Source: Thermoanaerobaculia bacterium (GTDB lineage: Bacteria > Acidobacteriota > Thermoanaerobaculia > UBA5066). From it: a stretch of DNA of 64,000 bases. The stretch lies in the NCBI GenBank assembly GCA_963719225.1, contig CAVRAY010000001.1, positions 736,001-800,000 on the forward strand. The letters are read 5' to 3'. The position numbers were made by a program, and so were the translations under genes. Below, in pieces: positions 40,400 to 51,600 of this stretch. The notes under the pieces were generated by a model, which was not told where the DNA came from, ran no database searches, and worked only from the letters and a program-made list of their open reading frames with translations. Every line of letters begins with the position of its first letter. Position 1 is the stretch's first letter.

Positions 40400-40730
40400 G
40401 CTGGACCAGCTCGGCCCTGAGAGCGGAAAGATCGTTCAGGAGGCTTTCGCGGTCGCCCTCGGGAATCCCGGCGAGGGCCGGCTCGGAGGTCAGGAGGCTG
40501 GCGACCTCCGCCAGCTTCGTCTCGGCGAGTCCGAGCGCCTCTTCCACGTCGCTCCCCGGAAGGTCGAGAAAAGCCTCGCCGACGAGCGACGGGACCGATA
40601 CGGCGGCCTTCCGGAGCCGGGTGCCGGCTTCGGTGCCCTTCGCCCCGGAGGCCTCGACGGCAGCGTAAATCGTGTGAGCAAAACTCATTCCGCGCTTCCA
40701 GGTCGGGAGGTTCTTGTAGCCGCTCACCAT
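40365..40730 (-). CDS. Four-helix-bundle (23S rRNA IVP-like) protein
   Basis: [11 protein letters not shown]...IY...[11 protein letters not shown]...E. Confidence 0.7.
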   Translation of the reverse strand: MVSGYKNLPTWKRGMSFAHTIYAAVEASGAKGTEAGTRLRKAAVSVPSLVGEAFLDLPGSDVEEALGLAETKLAEVASLLTSEPALAGIPEGDRESLLNDLSALRAELVQLREERSGERTN

Positions 40731-40830
40731 ATCCATCCTAGTACGTTTGCATGGTCGTATGCGTCGCAATGCCGGTGCTAGGCTTCGTCGTTGGGCACGT
40801 CCGACCGACGTGCAGGGAAGGAGCGAAGTC

Positions 40831-41757
40831 ATGCGACGCAAAGTCACTGTGATCGGGGCGGGAAACGTGGGCGCGACCGTCGCCCAGAGAATCGTCGAAA
40901 AAGAGCTCGCGGACGTCGTTCTCGTGGACGTCATCGAAGGGGTCCCGCAGGGCAAGGGGCTGGACATGGTCCAGTCGGGTGCCGTCGAGGGTTTCGACAT
41001 GCGGATCGTCGGCACGAACGGCTACGAGGAGACCGAAGGGTCCGACCTCGTGATCCTCACGGCCGGTCTCGCCCGCAAGCCGGGCATGTCGCGCGACGAC
41101 CTCCTGCGCAAGAACGAGGAGATCGTCGCGGGCTGCATCTCGAAGACGACGCGCGGCTCGCGCGACCTCAAGGTCATCGTCGTCACGAACCCGCTCGACG
41201 CGATGTGCGAGGTCGTCCGCCGCATCACGAAGCTGCCCAAGCAGAACGTGATCGGGATGGCGGGCATCCTCGACAGCGCGCGCATGCGCGCGTTCATCGC
41301 GATGGAGCTCGGGGTCTCGATGACGAACATCCACGCCACCGTCCTCGGCGGCCACGGCGACACGATGGTTCCGCTCCCGCGGTACTCCACGGTGGCCGGC
41401 GTGCCGATCACCGAGCTGATGTCCCCCGAGCGCGTGGCGGCGATCGTCAAGCGCACCGCGGGCGGCGGCGCCGAGATCGTGAACTTCCTGAAGACGGGCT
41501 CGGCGTATTACGCCCCGTCCGCGGCCGCCGTCGAGATGGCCGAGGCGATCTTCAACGACCGCAAGAAGATCCTGCCCTGCGCCGCGTACCTCGAAGGCGA
41601 GTACGGGATCAACGGCGTCTTCGTGGGCGTGCCGGTCGTCCTCGGCAAGAACGGCATCGAGAGGATCATCGAGCTCAAGCTCACCCCGGAGGAGTCCGCC
41701 GCTCTCAAGAAGTCCGCCGGCTCCGTTCATGAGCTCGTCGGATTGCTGACCGTCTGA
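40831..41757 (+). CDS. mdh: Malate dehydrogenase (LDH-like)
   Basis: [28 protein letters not shown]. Confidence 0.97.
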   Translation: MRRKVTVIGAGNVGATVAQRIVEKELADVVLVDVIEGVPQGKGLDMVQSGAVEGFDMRIVGTNGYEETEGSDLVILTAGLARKPGMSRDDLLRKNEEIVAGCISKTTRGSRDLKVIVVTNPLDAMCEVVRRITKLPKQNVIGMAGILDSARMRAFIAMELGVSMTNIHATVLGGHGDTMVPLPRYSTVAGVPITELMSPERVAAIVKRTAGGGAEIVNFLKTGSAYYAPSAAAVEMAEAIFNDRKKILPCAAYLEGEYGINGVFVGVPVVLGKNGIERIIELKLTPEESAALKKSAGSVHELVGLLTV

Positions 41758-41792
41758 TCACGCCGGAGAACTGAAGGAGGAGACTCGATCGC

Positions 41793-42461
41793 ATGGCGGC
41801 CCCCGCGCAACTCCTGAATTCGTCGGTCGGCAAGAAGATCGTCATGGCGATCACCGGGATCGTCCTTTCGGTTTTCGTCCTCGGCCACATGGCCGGAAAC
41901 CTGCAGGCCTTCCTCCCGAACGGGCCCGCGGCGCTGGACCACTACGGGGCCTTCCTGCGAGAGCTCGTGCACGGCACGGGAATCTGGTTCGTGAGGGCCG
42001 GGCTCCTCCTCGCGGTGGGCCTCCACATCTGGTCCTACCTCGGCCTCACGCAGAAGAGCCTCGCGGCCCGGCCGGAGGGCTACCGGGTCACGGACTACGA
42101 AGAGGCCACTCTGGCGTCGCGTTCCATGCGCTGGACGGGGCCTCTCCTCGCGGTCTTCATCGTCTACCACATCCTCCACATGACGACGGGCACCCTGCAC
42201 CCGAGCTTCGTCGAGGGCCGGGTCTACCAGAACCTCGTCGCCGGCCTCACGCCCGTCGCCGTCGCGCTCTTCTACCTCGTCGCGATGGGCGCGCTCGCGT
42301 TTCACCTCTACCACGGCGCCTGGAGCATGTTGCAGACCCTGGGCCTTTCGCACCCGAAGTACGACCCCTGGCGCAAGACCCTCGCGACCCTTTTCACGAT
42401 CGTCGTGTGCGCCGGGTTCGCCCTCGTCCCGATCGCGGTCCTCGCGGGGTGGCTGAAATGA
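41793..42461 (+). CDS. sdhC: Succinate dehydrogenase cytochrome b subunit
   Basis: [13 protein letters not shown], heme-ligand His residues, HLYHG; five TM helices. Confidence 0.93.
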   Translation: MAAPAQLLNSSVGKKIVMAITGIVLSVFVLGHMAGNLQAFLPNGPAALDHYGAFLRELVHGTGIWFVRAGLLLAVGLHIWSYLGLTQKSLAARPEGYRVTDYEEATLASRSMRWTGPLLAVFIVYHILHMTTGTLHPSFVEGRVYQNLVAGLTPVAVALFYLVAMGALAFHLYHGAWSMLQTLGLSHPKYDPWRKTLATLFTIVVCAGFALVPIAVLAGWLK

Positions 42462-44374
42462 TCGAACTGAAGTCGAACGTCCCCGACGGGCCTCTCGAGA
42501 AGAAGTGGGACAAGCACCGTTTCGAGATGAAGCTCGTCAATCCGGCGAACAAGCGCAAGTACTCGGTCATCGTCGTCGGCTCCGGCCTCGCCGGCGGCGC
42601 GGGAGCCGCCTCCCTCGCCGAGCTCGGATACAACGTCTCGTGCTTCTGCTACCAGGACAGTCCGCGCCGCGCTCACTCGATCGCGGCGCAGGGCGGCATC
42701 AACGCCTCGAAGAACTACCAGAACGACGGCGACAGCGTCCAGCGCCTCTTTTACGACACGATCAAGGGCGGGGACTTCCGCGCCCGCGAGGCGAACGTCT
42801 ACCGGCTCGCGGAAGTCTCGTCGAACATCATCGACCAGTGCGTCGCGCAGGGAGTGCCGTTCGGACGCGAGTACGGCGGCACGCTGGGGAACCGCTCGTT
42901 CGGCGGGGCGCAGGTGTCGCGCACGTTCTATTCGCGCGGCCAGACGGGTCAGCAGCTCCTCCTCGGCGCCTACCAGGCCCTCGAGCGTCAGATCGGCCTC
43001 GGCAACGTGAAGATGCATTCGCGCCACGAGATGCTCGAGGTCGTCCTCGTCGACGGCCGCGCGCGCGGCATCGTGACCCGCGACATGATCACGGGCAAGG
43101 TCGAGTCGCACGCCGCCGACGCCGTCGTCCTCGCGACGGGCGGCTACGCGAACGTCTTCTATCTCTCCACGAACGCGGCGGGCTGCAACACGACCGCGAT
43201 CTGGCGCGCGTACAAGAAGGGCGCGGCCTTCGCGAATCCCTGCTACACGCAGATCCATCCGACCTGCATCCCCGTGACGGGCGACCACCAGAGCAAGCTC
43301 ACGCTCATGTCGGAGTCGCTACGCAACGACGGCCGAATCTGGGTGCCCCTGAAGAAGGGCGACAAGCGCGCCGCCGGCGACATCCCGGAGGCCGAGCGCG
43401 ACTACTACCTCGAGCGCAAGTACCCCTCGTACGGCAACCTCGCGCCGCGCGACATCGCGTCCCGCGCCGCCAAGCAGGTGTGCGACGAGGGGCGCGGCGT
43501 GGGCGAGACCGGCCTCGGCGTCTACCTCGACTTCGCGGACTCCATCAAGCGTCTCGGCGAAGGCACGATCCGCGAGCGCTACGGGAACCTGTTCGACATG
43601 TACGAGCGCATCACCGACGAGAACCCGTACAAGGTTCCGATGCGCATCTTCCCCGCCGCCCACTACGTGATGGGCGGCCTCTGGGTGGACTACAACCTCA
43701 TGTCCACGGTCCCGGGCCTCCACGTCGCGGGCGAGGCGAACTTCTCGGACCACGGGGCGAACCGCCTCGGGGCGAGCGCCCTCATGCAGGGCCTCGCGGA
43801 CGGTTACTTCGTCCTTCCGTACACGATCGGCAACTACCTCGCCACGACGAAGCAGGCGAAGGTCGACACGTCGCATGCCGCCTTCAAGGAGGCCGAGAGC
43901 GCCGTGGCCGCGCGCGTCGCGCGTCTCCTCTCCGTGAAGGGGAAGCGCACGGTGGACTCCTTCCACAAGGAGCTCGGCAAGATCATGTGGGAGTACTGCG
44001 GCATGGGCCGCAACCGCGAGGGCCTGAAGACGGCCCTCCAGAAGATCCCCGTGCTGCGCGAGGAGTTCTGGAAGAACCTCACGGTCGTGGGCGGGAAAGA
44101 CGAGATCAACCAGACTCTGGAGAGAGCGGGACGCGTGGCGGACTTCCTCGAGCTGGGGGAGCTCATGTGCCTCGACGCGCTCGAGCGCGAGGAATCCTGC
44201 GGCGGCCACTTCCGCGAGGAGTACCAGACTCCGGACGGCGAGGCGCTGCGCAACGACGAAAAATTCTGCCACGTCGCGGCCTGGGAATACGCTGGGGAGG
44301 GCAAGGCGCCGATCCGCAACGTCGAGCCGCTCGCCTTCGAGAACGTCCACCTGACGCAGAGGAGCTACAAATGA
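42458..44374 (+). CDS. sdhA: Succinate dehydrogenase/fumarate reductase flavoprotein
   Basis: [27 protein letters not shown]. Confidence 0.96.
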   Translation: MIELKSNVPDGPLEKKWDKHRFEMKLVNPANKRKYSVIVVGSGLAGGAGAASLAELGYNVSCFCYQDSPRRAHSIAAQGGINASKNYQNDGDSVQRLFYDTIKGGDFRAREANVYRLAEVSSNIIDQCVAQGVPFGREYGGTLGNRSFGGAQVSRTFYSRGQTGQQLLLGAYQALERQIGLGNVKMHSRHEMLEVVLVDGRARGIVTRDMITGKVESHAADAVVLATGGYANVFYLSTNAAGCNTTAIWRAYKKGAAFANPCYTQIHPTCIPVTGDHQSKLTLMSESLRNDGRIWVPLKKGDKRAAGDIPEAERDYYLERKYPSYGNLAPRDIASRAAKQVCDEGRGVGETGLGVYLDFADSIKRLGEGTIRERYGNLFDMYERITDENPYKVPMRIFPAAHYVMGGLWVDYNLMSTVPGLHVAGEANFSDHGANRLGASALMQGLADGYFVLPYTIGNYLATTKQAKVDTSHAAFKEAESAVAARVARLLSVKGKRTVDSFHKELGKIMWEYCGMGRNREGLKTALQKIPVLREEFWKNLTVVGGKDEINQTLERAGRVADFLELGELMCLDALEREESCGGHFREEYQTPDGEALRNDEKFCHVAAWEYAGEGKAPIRNVEPLAFENVHLTQRSYK

Positions 44375-45147
44375 AGCTCACCCTGAACGTCTGGCGGCAG
44401 AAGAACTCGAAGTCCGAAGGCAAATTCGTCACGTACGACGCACCGGACATCAGCCCGGACATGTCCTTCCTCGAGATGCTCGACGTCGTGAACCGGCGCC
44501 TCGTTGAAAAGGGCGAGGATCCGATCGCCTTCGACCACGACTGCCGCGAAGGCATCTGTGGCATGTGCGGCATCGTCGTGAACGGCAATCCGCACGGGCC
44601 GCGCCGCGGCACGACGAGCTGCCAGCTCCACATGCGCACCTTCAAGGACGGCGACGTCATCACGCTCGAGCCCTGGCGCGTCACGCCGTTCCCGGTCCTG
44701 AAGGACCTCATCGTCGACCGCTCGTCCTTCGACCGCATCGTCGCGGCCGGAGGGTTCATCACGCTCCCGACCGGCAACGCCCCGGACGGCAACGCGATCC
44801 TCGTTCCGAAGGACTGCGCCGAGCGCTCGATGGACGCGGCCCAGTGCATCGGCTGCGGCGCCTGCGCCGCAGCGTGCCCGAACGGCTCGGCGATGCTCTT
44901 CGTGGCGGCGAAGGTTTCGCACCTCGCGCTGTTGCCGCAGGGCCAGCCCGAGCGTTACGACCGCGTGCTCACGATGGTCCAGCAGATGGACGCGGAAGGC
45001 TTCGGCACGTGCACGAACCACGGCGAGTGCTCGCGTGCGTGTCCGAAGGAGATCCGCCAGGAGTTCATCGCGCAGCTCAACCGCGACTTCTTCAAGGCGA
45101 CGCTCATCACGCGCCCGAAGGCCGCCGGAGGCGCCGGGGCCGGCTAG
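44371..45147 (+). CDS. sdhB: Succinate dehydrogenase iron-sulfur subunit
   Basis: [25 protein letters not shown]...CP; ATGA overlap. Confidence 0.96.
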   Translation: MKLTLNVWRQKNSKSEGKFVTYDAPDISPDMSFLEMLDVVNRRLVEKGEDPIAFDHDCREGICGMCGIVVNGNPHGPRRGTTSCQLHMRTFKDGDVITLEPWRVTPFPVLKDLIVDRSSFDRIVAAGGFITLPTGNAPDGNAILVPKDCAERSMDAAQCIGCGACAAACPNGSAMLFVAAKVSHLALLPQGQPERYDRVLTMVQQMDAEGFGTCTNHGECSRACPKEIRQEFIAQLNRDFFKATLITRPKAAGGAGAG

Positions 45148-45221
45148 ACGATCGGATCGAGTCGTGTGAGAGAACCCGAAAGCCGCTCGCAACCTGCTTT
45201 GGCGAAGCATCGGGTCGGGGC

Positions 45222-45307
45222 GATTTTCTTCGAAGGGTGAATGGGCCGATTGCATAGGGCCGAGGCTGAGCCGCGAGGCGCCTGCACATTCACCTTCTAA
45301 GAAAAAC
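45222..45307. repeat. Intergenic palindromic element (REP/MITE-like hairpin)
   Basis: Arms GATTTTCTTCGAAGGGTGAATG and CATTCACCTTCTAAGAAAAAC form an imperfect ~21-bp inverted repeat. Confidence 0.7.
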
Positions 45308-45315
45308 AGCCCGAC

Positions 45316-45423
45316 GTGAGCCCCACTGTAGGTCGTTGCGCTCCGCCGTTCACCTCCTACATCATTCACGCGCGGCCTCTGACGGAGAAGGAGAAGCGGA
45401 GATTCCGGAGGCGAAAACGATGA
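45316..45423 (+). pseudogene. C-terminal remnant of a BrnT/RelE-like toxin
   Basis: Reads YIIHARPLTEKEKRRFRRRKR*; its stop overlaps (ATGA) the downstream RHH gene. Confidence 0.6.
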
Positions 45424-45740
45424 AGAGAAAGCAGCATTCGGGTGTCGGATCCGCTGCGACGTCCCTCGCGGCGCTGAGAGCCGCAGCGAAGGATCTCGAA
45501 CGTGAGCTGGTCGCGGACGAGTTCCGCCCGATGGGGCCCGACGAGCGCGCCCGCTGGGAAAGGGCACGCCGGAAGCCGGGCCGTCCTATCCGAGGTGCCG
45601 GGGCGAAGGTCATCTCGGTGAGCGTGGAGCGAGGCCTTCTCGTTCGCTCGGACGCCCTCGCGCGGAACCTCGGAATCACCCGCGCATCGCTCGTCGAACG
45701 CGGCCTCAAGGCGGTTCTTGCCGCCGAGGGGCGGCTCTAA
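45420..45740 (+). CDS. Ribbon-helix-helix antitoxin-like protein
   Basis: KPGRP motif followed by the RHH pattern VISVSVERGLL..SDALA...GITRASLV. Confidence 0.75.
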   Translation: MKRKQHSGVGSAATSLAALRAAAKDLERELVADEFRPMGPDERARWERARRKPGRPIRGAGAKVISVSVERGLLVRSDALARNLGITRASLVERGLKAVLAAEGRL

Positions 45741-45760
45741 GTCAGCTTCCGAGCTAGCAA

Positions 45761-46453
45761 ATGGAGTCACGCCGAGCCGCGGTCCTTCTTTCGCTCCTCT
45801 TCGGCGTCGCCTTACGCGCGGACGAGCCGGGGAAGGCAATCGTTCCGCCGCCGCCCGCGCTCCGCGTCACGCTCCTCGGGACCGGCAACCCGCGGCCGTC
45901 GATGACGCGTTTCGGGCCGTCGATCCTCGTCGAGGCCGCGACGGTTCCGCCGACGCGCATCCTGGTGGACGTCGGGCGCGGCGCGACGCAGCGCCTCTTT
46001 GCGATCGGGGGACGGGACCTCCTCTCCGGAGTCGACCTCGTTCTCCTGACGCACCTTCATTCCGATCACGTCGTGGGCCTGCCGGACCTGTGGCTGACGG
46101 GCTGGATCTTCGGGCGGACCAAGCCGTTTTCCGTGAAGGGTCCGGAGGGGACGGCCGCTCTCATGGCGCACCTCGAGAAGGCCTTCGAGTTCGACGTGAA
46201 GACGCGACGGGACGTCGACGAGCGCCTGCCCGCGCCGGGAGCCGCGGTCGAGGCGAAGGACATTTCTCCCGAAGCGATCCTCGAGGTCTCGGGCGTCAAG
46301 ATCACGGTGTTCGCGGTGGATCACGGCCCGGTGAAGCCGGCGTACGGCTATCGCATCGATTACGCGGGAAAGACGGTCGTCCTCTCCGGCGACACGCGGT
46401 ACTCGGAGAACCTGATCGCGCACGCAAAGGGCTGCGACGTCCTCGTGGAGTAA
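45761..46453 (+). pseudogene. RNase Z/AtsA-like metallo-beta-lactamase, C-terminally truncated
   Basis: LLGTG, THLHSDH, VDH and SGDT are present; it stops at DVLVE* with no HE motif and no final His. Confidence 0.7.
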
Positions 46454-46547
46454 TTTTCCAGCGATCCTCCGCGCGCGCGTGACGCCGCTCACCCATTTGC
46501 AAGAAGAGCTTGCGCAATTCCGGTCCGTTTGTTGCAGCCGACCGGAC

Positions 46548-47468
46548 ATGAGTTACGAATCTCGAAAACAGAAAAAGACATCGCCCCTTCAAGCCACGGT
46601 ACTTTTTCTTCTGCTGGCGGGCGCGTCACGCCTCGCGGCCCAGACTCCGGCGCAGCAGATCGACTTCGACCGCCCCGAGGCGTGGGCCCTCAAGTACTTC
46701 GCGGCGGTCACGACGTTCACGCCGCTCCAGGCGCCCCGGGAACGGGCGCCCGGGACCATCGAGATCGCGCTTGAGGGAGGCTGGATCCCGTATCTCACCG
46801 ATACGGAGCGGACCGTCGGCTTCGAGGGGACGAAGGTGGAGGACCTCAACAAGGCGCCGCTCTACGGGCGGCCGCGCCTCCTCATCGGCCTGCCCGCCGG
46901 CTTCGCGGTCGAGGCGGGCTGGCTCCCGCCGATCCGCATCCACGGAACGCAGACGAACCTCTTCGACGCCGCGATCGAGAAGGCCTTCTTCGACAAGCCC
47001 GGCGGGAGCCTCGGGCTGCGGCTCTACGGGCAGATCGGGCACTCGTACGGCGACTACACGTGCCCCGCAGATGTGGTGCGCTCGCGGCCGGGCACGCCCG
47101 GGAACCCGTACGGCTGCGACGCGCGGTCGACGGACGTCGCGAATCTGAACTACACCGGCGCGGCGCTGACGGGCGGCATCAAGGTCGCGCCCGGCGTCGC
47201 AGTGCACCTCGCGGGCGGCGCGACGTACAACGACCTCCAGTTCCAGGTCGGCGCGTACTGGAACGGGACGGCCGACAACACACTCCTCACCACGCACGGC
47301 TGGACCGGCTGGGGCGCGGCTGGTTTCGACGTGGCTCTCGGAACCACCGCGTCGTTCTCCGCCGAGGCGTTCTACAGCCCGCTCACGGTCGTGCGGCCGC
47401 CCTCGACCTCGTCGCAGAATGACGGTCTCTTCAACGTGAGGGGCCTCGTCACCGTCCACCTCCGCTGA
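46548..47468 (+). CDS. Hypothetical exported protein, possible outer-membrane beta-barrel
   Basis: Signal-like N-terminus, alternating amphipathic strands, one Cys pair; start uncertain. Confidence 0.65.
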   Translation: MSYESRKQKKTSPLQATVLFLLLAGASRLAAQTPAQQIDFDRPEAWALKYFAAVTTFTPLQAPRERAPGTIEIALEGGWIPYLTDTERTVGFEGTKVEDLNKAPLYGRPRLLIGLPAGFAVEAGWLPPIRIHGTQTNLFDAAIEKAFFDKPGGSLGLRLYGQIGHSYGDYTCPADVVRSRPGTPGNPYGCDARSTDVANLNYTGAALTGGIKVAPGVAVHLAGGATYNDLQFQVGAYWNGTADNTLLTTHGWTGWGAAGFDVALGTTASFSAEAFYSPLTVVRPPSTSSQNDGLFNVRGLVTVHLR

Positions 47469-47477
47469 CCTTCGCGG

Positions 47478-48059
47478 TCAAGGATTCTTCGTCACGATCT
47501 CGAAGTCGATTTTGAGGTCGTCTTTCACATTCACCGTACCGCCTCCGGCCTTGATCGGCTTGATGCCGAAGGAACTCTGCTTGACCGTCGCCGAGCCGCG
47601 AAAGCGTTCCCTCGCGCCCGTGACCTCGAACTTGAGCGGCACTTTCTTCCCGCGCAGCTCCAGCTCTCCCTCGACCTGCCAGCGCCCTTCGGCGACCGGC
47701 TTGACGGCGGTGGACTTGAATCGGATCTCCGGGAACTTCGCGACGTCGAGGACCTCCGGTCCCAGCATCCTCTTCTGCACCTCGGCCCGCTTCTCTTTCG
47801 CAAGGTCCGGATCGAGCACCGTCATCTTTCGCGCGTCCACTTCGAGCTCCACCGCCGGCTTCTCTCCGTCGGATACGGATCCCGAGGCGACGGTCGCCCG
47901 AACCTCGTGGTTGTCGCCGAAAGCGGAGAAGAGGCCCGACTTGAAGACGTGCACGGTGAACGAGGACTTCTCGGCATCGATCGCCCATGTCTCGGCATGC
48001 GCGGATGCCGAGAGGAGCGCCGAGGCCACCAGCGCGCCTGGGACGAGTGTGCGTCTCAT
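47478..48059 (-). CDS. YceI family protein
   Basis: Signal peptide; LDVAKFPEIRFKS, GELELRG, FGIKP. Confidence 0.85.
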   Translation of the reverse strand: MRRTLVPGALVASALLSASAHAETWAIDAEKSSFTVHVFKSGLFSAFGDNHEVRATVASGSVSDGEKPAVELEVDARKMTVLDPDLAKEKRAEVQKRMLGPEVLDVAKFPEIRFKSTAVKPVAEGRWQVEGELELRGKKVPLKFEVTGARERFRGSATVKQSSFGIKPIKAGGGTVNVKDDLKIDFEIVTKNP

Positions 48060-48069
48060 GGGAGAACCT

Positions 48070-48097
48070 CCTTCATCTTTCCACCTTCATCTTTCCA
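48070..48097. repeat. 14-bp perfect tandem duplication
   Basis: CCTTCATCTTTCCA occurs twice, adjoining the RBS of the yceI-like gene. Confidence 0.85.
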
Positions 48098-48154
48098 CGG
48101 AAGCAAGCGGCGGGCCCGGGCGAATCGGGTCTCGTGTCCCGCTAAGATGTCGGC

Positions 48155-48622
48155 GTGCTCGTCCGCGCCCTCCTGTCCACCCTCCACCTCATCGCGCTTC
48201 CGCTGGGTTTCGCGAGCCTGTTCCTGCGCGGCATGCGGTTGCGCGAGCTCAGGATCGCGCGCGGTGACGCCGGGACGCGCGCGGCGCTTCTCTCCGCCGA
48301 CAACGTCTGGGGCCTCGCGGCTCTCCTCTGGATCGTGACGGGGCTCACGCGCGCGTTCTCGGGGCTCGAGAAGACGCCCGACTACTATCTGAGGAACGGA
48401 TTCTTCTGGGTGAAGATGTCGCTCTTCCTCGTCGTCTTCGTGCTCGAGATCCAGCCGATGGTCACGTTCATCCGCTGGCGCATCGCGAAGGACCGTGCGG
48501 CCGAGCTCGTCGGCAAGGCGCCGCTCGACAGGCTCATCACGCTGAACGACGTCGAGACGGCCCTCATCCTCGTCATCCCCTTCGCCGCCGCGCTCATGGC
48601 GCGCGGGGCGTGGATGTTCTGA
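48155..48622 (+). CDS. DUF2214-like membrane protein
   Basis: ADNVWGLAA, GLEK...Y, FWVKM, MARG. Confidence 0.8.
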   Translation: MLVRALLSTLHLIALPLGFASLFLRGMRLRELRIARGDAGTRAALLSADNVWGLAALLWIVTGLTRAFSGLEKTPDYYLRNGFFWVKMSLFLVVFVLEIQPMVTFIRWRIAKDRAAELVGKAPLDRLITLNDVETALILVIPFAAALMARGAWMF

Positions 48623-48640
48623 ACGCAGAAACTCCCGCTC

Positions 48641-51600
48641 CTACCTCACCGGCATCGCCGGCCGCTTCGGCTTCTGCGGCGGGTTCTTCTTCAGCTCCTC
48701 CATCACGATCGCGATCGCCTTCTCGAGCTGCGGGTCGTGGCCGGCGATGACGTCGGCGGGCATCTGCTCGACTTCGACGTCGGGCGGGACGCCGACGTTC
48801 TCGACGCCGAAGCCTTCCTCCGGCGTCCAGAAGCCGAGGTTCGGAGCGGTGACGACGGCGCCGTCCATGAGCGTCGGGAAGCCGAGGATGCCGACGAGGC
48901 CGCCCCACGTGCGCTGGCCCACGAGCGTCCCGACCTTGAAGTGCCTGAACATCCACGGCAGGAGATCGCCGCCGGAGCCGGCGGTCTCGTCGATGAGCAT
49001 GACCTTCGGACCCTGGATGGACGCGCTCGGCGTCTTGAGGTCGTCGCCGTAACGCATCGCCCACCACGCGATGGGCTGGCGTGTCAGCGCCTCGATGTAG
49101 TAATCGGCCACGCTGCCGCCGCCGTTGAAGCGCTCGTCCACGATGATCGCGTCGCGTGAGGCCTGGGGATAGAAGTACCGCTTGAAATACGTGTGGCCGA
49201 GCTCCGCCGTGTTCGGGACGTAGACGTACGCGACGCGTCCGCCCGTCGCGGCGTCGACCTTCCGCAGATTGCCCTCGACCCAGTCGCGGTTGCGGAGCGT
49301 CGCCTCGTCCGCCACGGGGACCACGCTGACCGTGCGCGAGAGCGTGCCGTCCGGCTTCGGCCCGACCGTGATCTCGATGATCTTTCCGGCCGTGCCCTCG
49401 AAACGCGCGTAGAGGTTCTCGGGCGGCGCGAGATCCTTGCCGTTCACCGCGAGGAGGTACTCGCCGGACCTGACCTCGACGCCCGGCTCGGAAAGCGGCG
49501 CGCGCAGCTCGGGGTTCCAGTTCAGGCCGCCGAAGACTTTCTTGAAGCGGTAGCGGCCGTTCGCGACTTCGTAGTCCGCGCCGAGCAAGCCTCCCTGTAC
49601 ATGAGCGATTTCCGCGAACGAGTCGCCCGGCGTGTTCCGGTGGTGGCCGACGGCGAGCTCGCTGCACATCCACTGGATGAGGCGGTTGAGGTCGGTCCGC
49701 GAGGACAGGTACGGGACGAAGGCGGCGTACTTCGCCTTCATGGCCTTCCAGTCGGCACCGTGCATCTTCGGGTCGTAGAAGTAATCCCGGTTGACGCGCC
49801 AGGCTTCGTCGAAGATCTCGGGCCATTCGTCCCGAGGGTCGACGCGCACGGCGATCGCGTCGAGCTTGAGCTTGCCGTCGGAGCCTTCCTTCGGCTTGCC
49901 GTCCGAGCCGTCCTTCGTGTCGGCCTTCTTCGGCGACGAGGAGACGAGCGACCACGACTCTTTTTGCGGAGCTCCCGGCGGCGCCTCTCTCGGCGCGGAC
50001 TCCTTGTCCTTCTGCCTGAAGAGGATCTTCTTCCCGTCGAAGGACACGAAGTAATCCTCGGCCTCGGGGACGACCGTCTCGGCCTTGCGCTCCTTGAAGT
50101 CGAAACGCTGGACGGACGTCTTGCCGTCCGCCTTGCGCTGGAAGAAGAGCTGGCCCGCGCTGCCGGCCTGGAGGTTCGAGATCTCGGCGGGGTGGACAGG
50201 CAGGTCGACGATGCGGACGTTGAAGCCGTCGCGGTCGATGACGACGGGCGCGGGCGGCTTACCCTTGGCACCTTTCGAAGAATCTTCTTTCTTCTCGTCG
50301 GTCTTTCCCTCTTTAGCCTCTTCGCCCTTCTCCTCGTCGCTCTCCTTCGCGAGAGGCGAGGGCGTGCCCCTCTTCAACGTCGCCACGTAGATCGCGTTCG
50401 TGATGCGCGCGTCGGTGTTCTGCAGGGAGAACCAGTTGCGCTGCGGGCCCGCGTCGGTGGACGCGAGGAAATAGAGGAGCCTCCCGGCCTTGTCGAAGGC
50501 GGGGTCCGACACGTCCGAGAGGCCGTCAGTGAGGGGATAGGACTTGCCCTCGTCGAGGGAGTAGACGTACGCCGTCCGGATGTACGTGGGCCCGGAGAGC
50601 GTGTAGGCGACCCAGCGCGAGTCCGGCGACCACGAGCCGCGTAGCATCCTGTAACGCGCGGGCGCGTAGAGTCGCTCGGTCGCGATCTTTTTCGAGGCTC
50701 CGCTCGCGACGTCGACGATGTGGAGCGTCAGGGAGTTGTCCGTCAGGACGATCTTCTTTCCGTCGGGCGAAAAGACGAGCTCGTCGTAGAAGCCCGCGCC
50801 CGGAACCTTGATCGTCTTCGGCGCCCCCTTGCCGTCCTGCGCCCTGACGACGATCTCGTTCTCGCCGCTCTCGTCCGAGACGTACGCGATCTCCTTGCCG
50901 TCCGGCGACCACGCGGGCGCGCGCTCGTGGAAGGCGGTCGTGCGCGTGAGGTTGCGCGCGTCGCCCTTCTCGGCGGGCACGGTCACGATCTCGCCCCGGA
51001 ACTCGAACGCGGCGCGCGCGCCGGAGGGGGAGAGCGCGGCCCCGCGGATCCACTTCGCGCCCTTCGCCCAGCGCGGGCGCGTCTCGAGGAGGTCGCCGGG
51101 AACCGTGATCGAAAGGTCGGTGACCTTCTTCGAGGCGGGGTCGAGGAGGTGAAGGGTGCCGGCCTGCTCGAAGACGATGCGCCCGGCGGCTCCGGAAGCG
51201 TTGAGGACGGGGAAATCCGTGTAGCGGGTGAGCCGGGAGAGAGAGAAGGATTTCTTGGAAGGACTAGCTGGGTCCGCCGTTTGATCGAGAACGTAGAGGT
51301 TGAACTCGCCGTCGCGATCCGAACGTAGGACGATGGTCGCTCCCCCGCCTCCGCCGGCTCCGTTCACCCATATCGGGTCCGCGTCGTTGCACCGCGTCGC
51401 GGGCTGCGGCACGTGCTGGATCGCGTGCGTCGCCACGTCGTAGAGCCATATCCTGGAAACCGTGCCGCCGCGGTAGCGCTTCCACTGCAGGTGACGGGGG
51501 CCGTTCGGGCTGTAGGCGATCGTTTTGCCGTCGGGGGAGTACGCGGCTCGGTCGGCGTACGGGATCGGCAGGGCCGTTTCGAGGCCGCCCTCGACGGGCA

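Noticed and set aside
37130-40730. Diversity-generating retroelement, suggested by Avd-like four-helix bundles
   Set aside because: There is no reverse transcriptase and no template/variable repeat pair in the window.
49870-49917. 24-bp imperfect tandem repeat in the tricorn gene (KDGSDGKP/KEGSDGKL)
   Set aside because: Ordinary low-complexity linker duplication.
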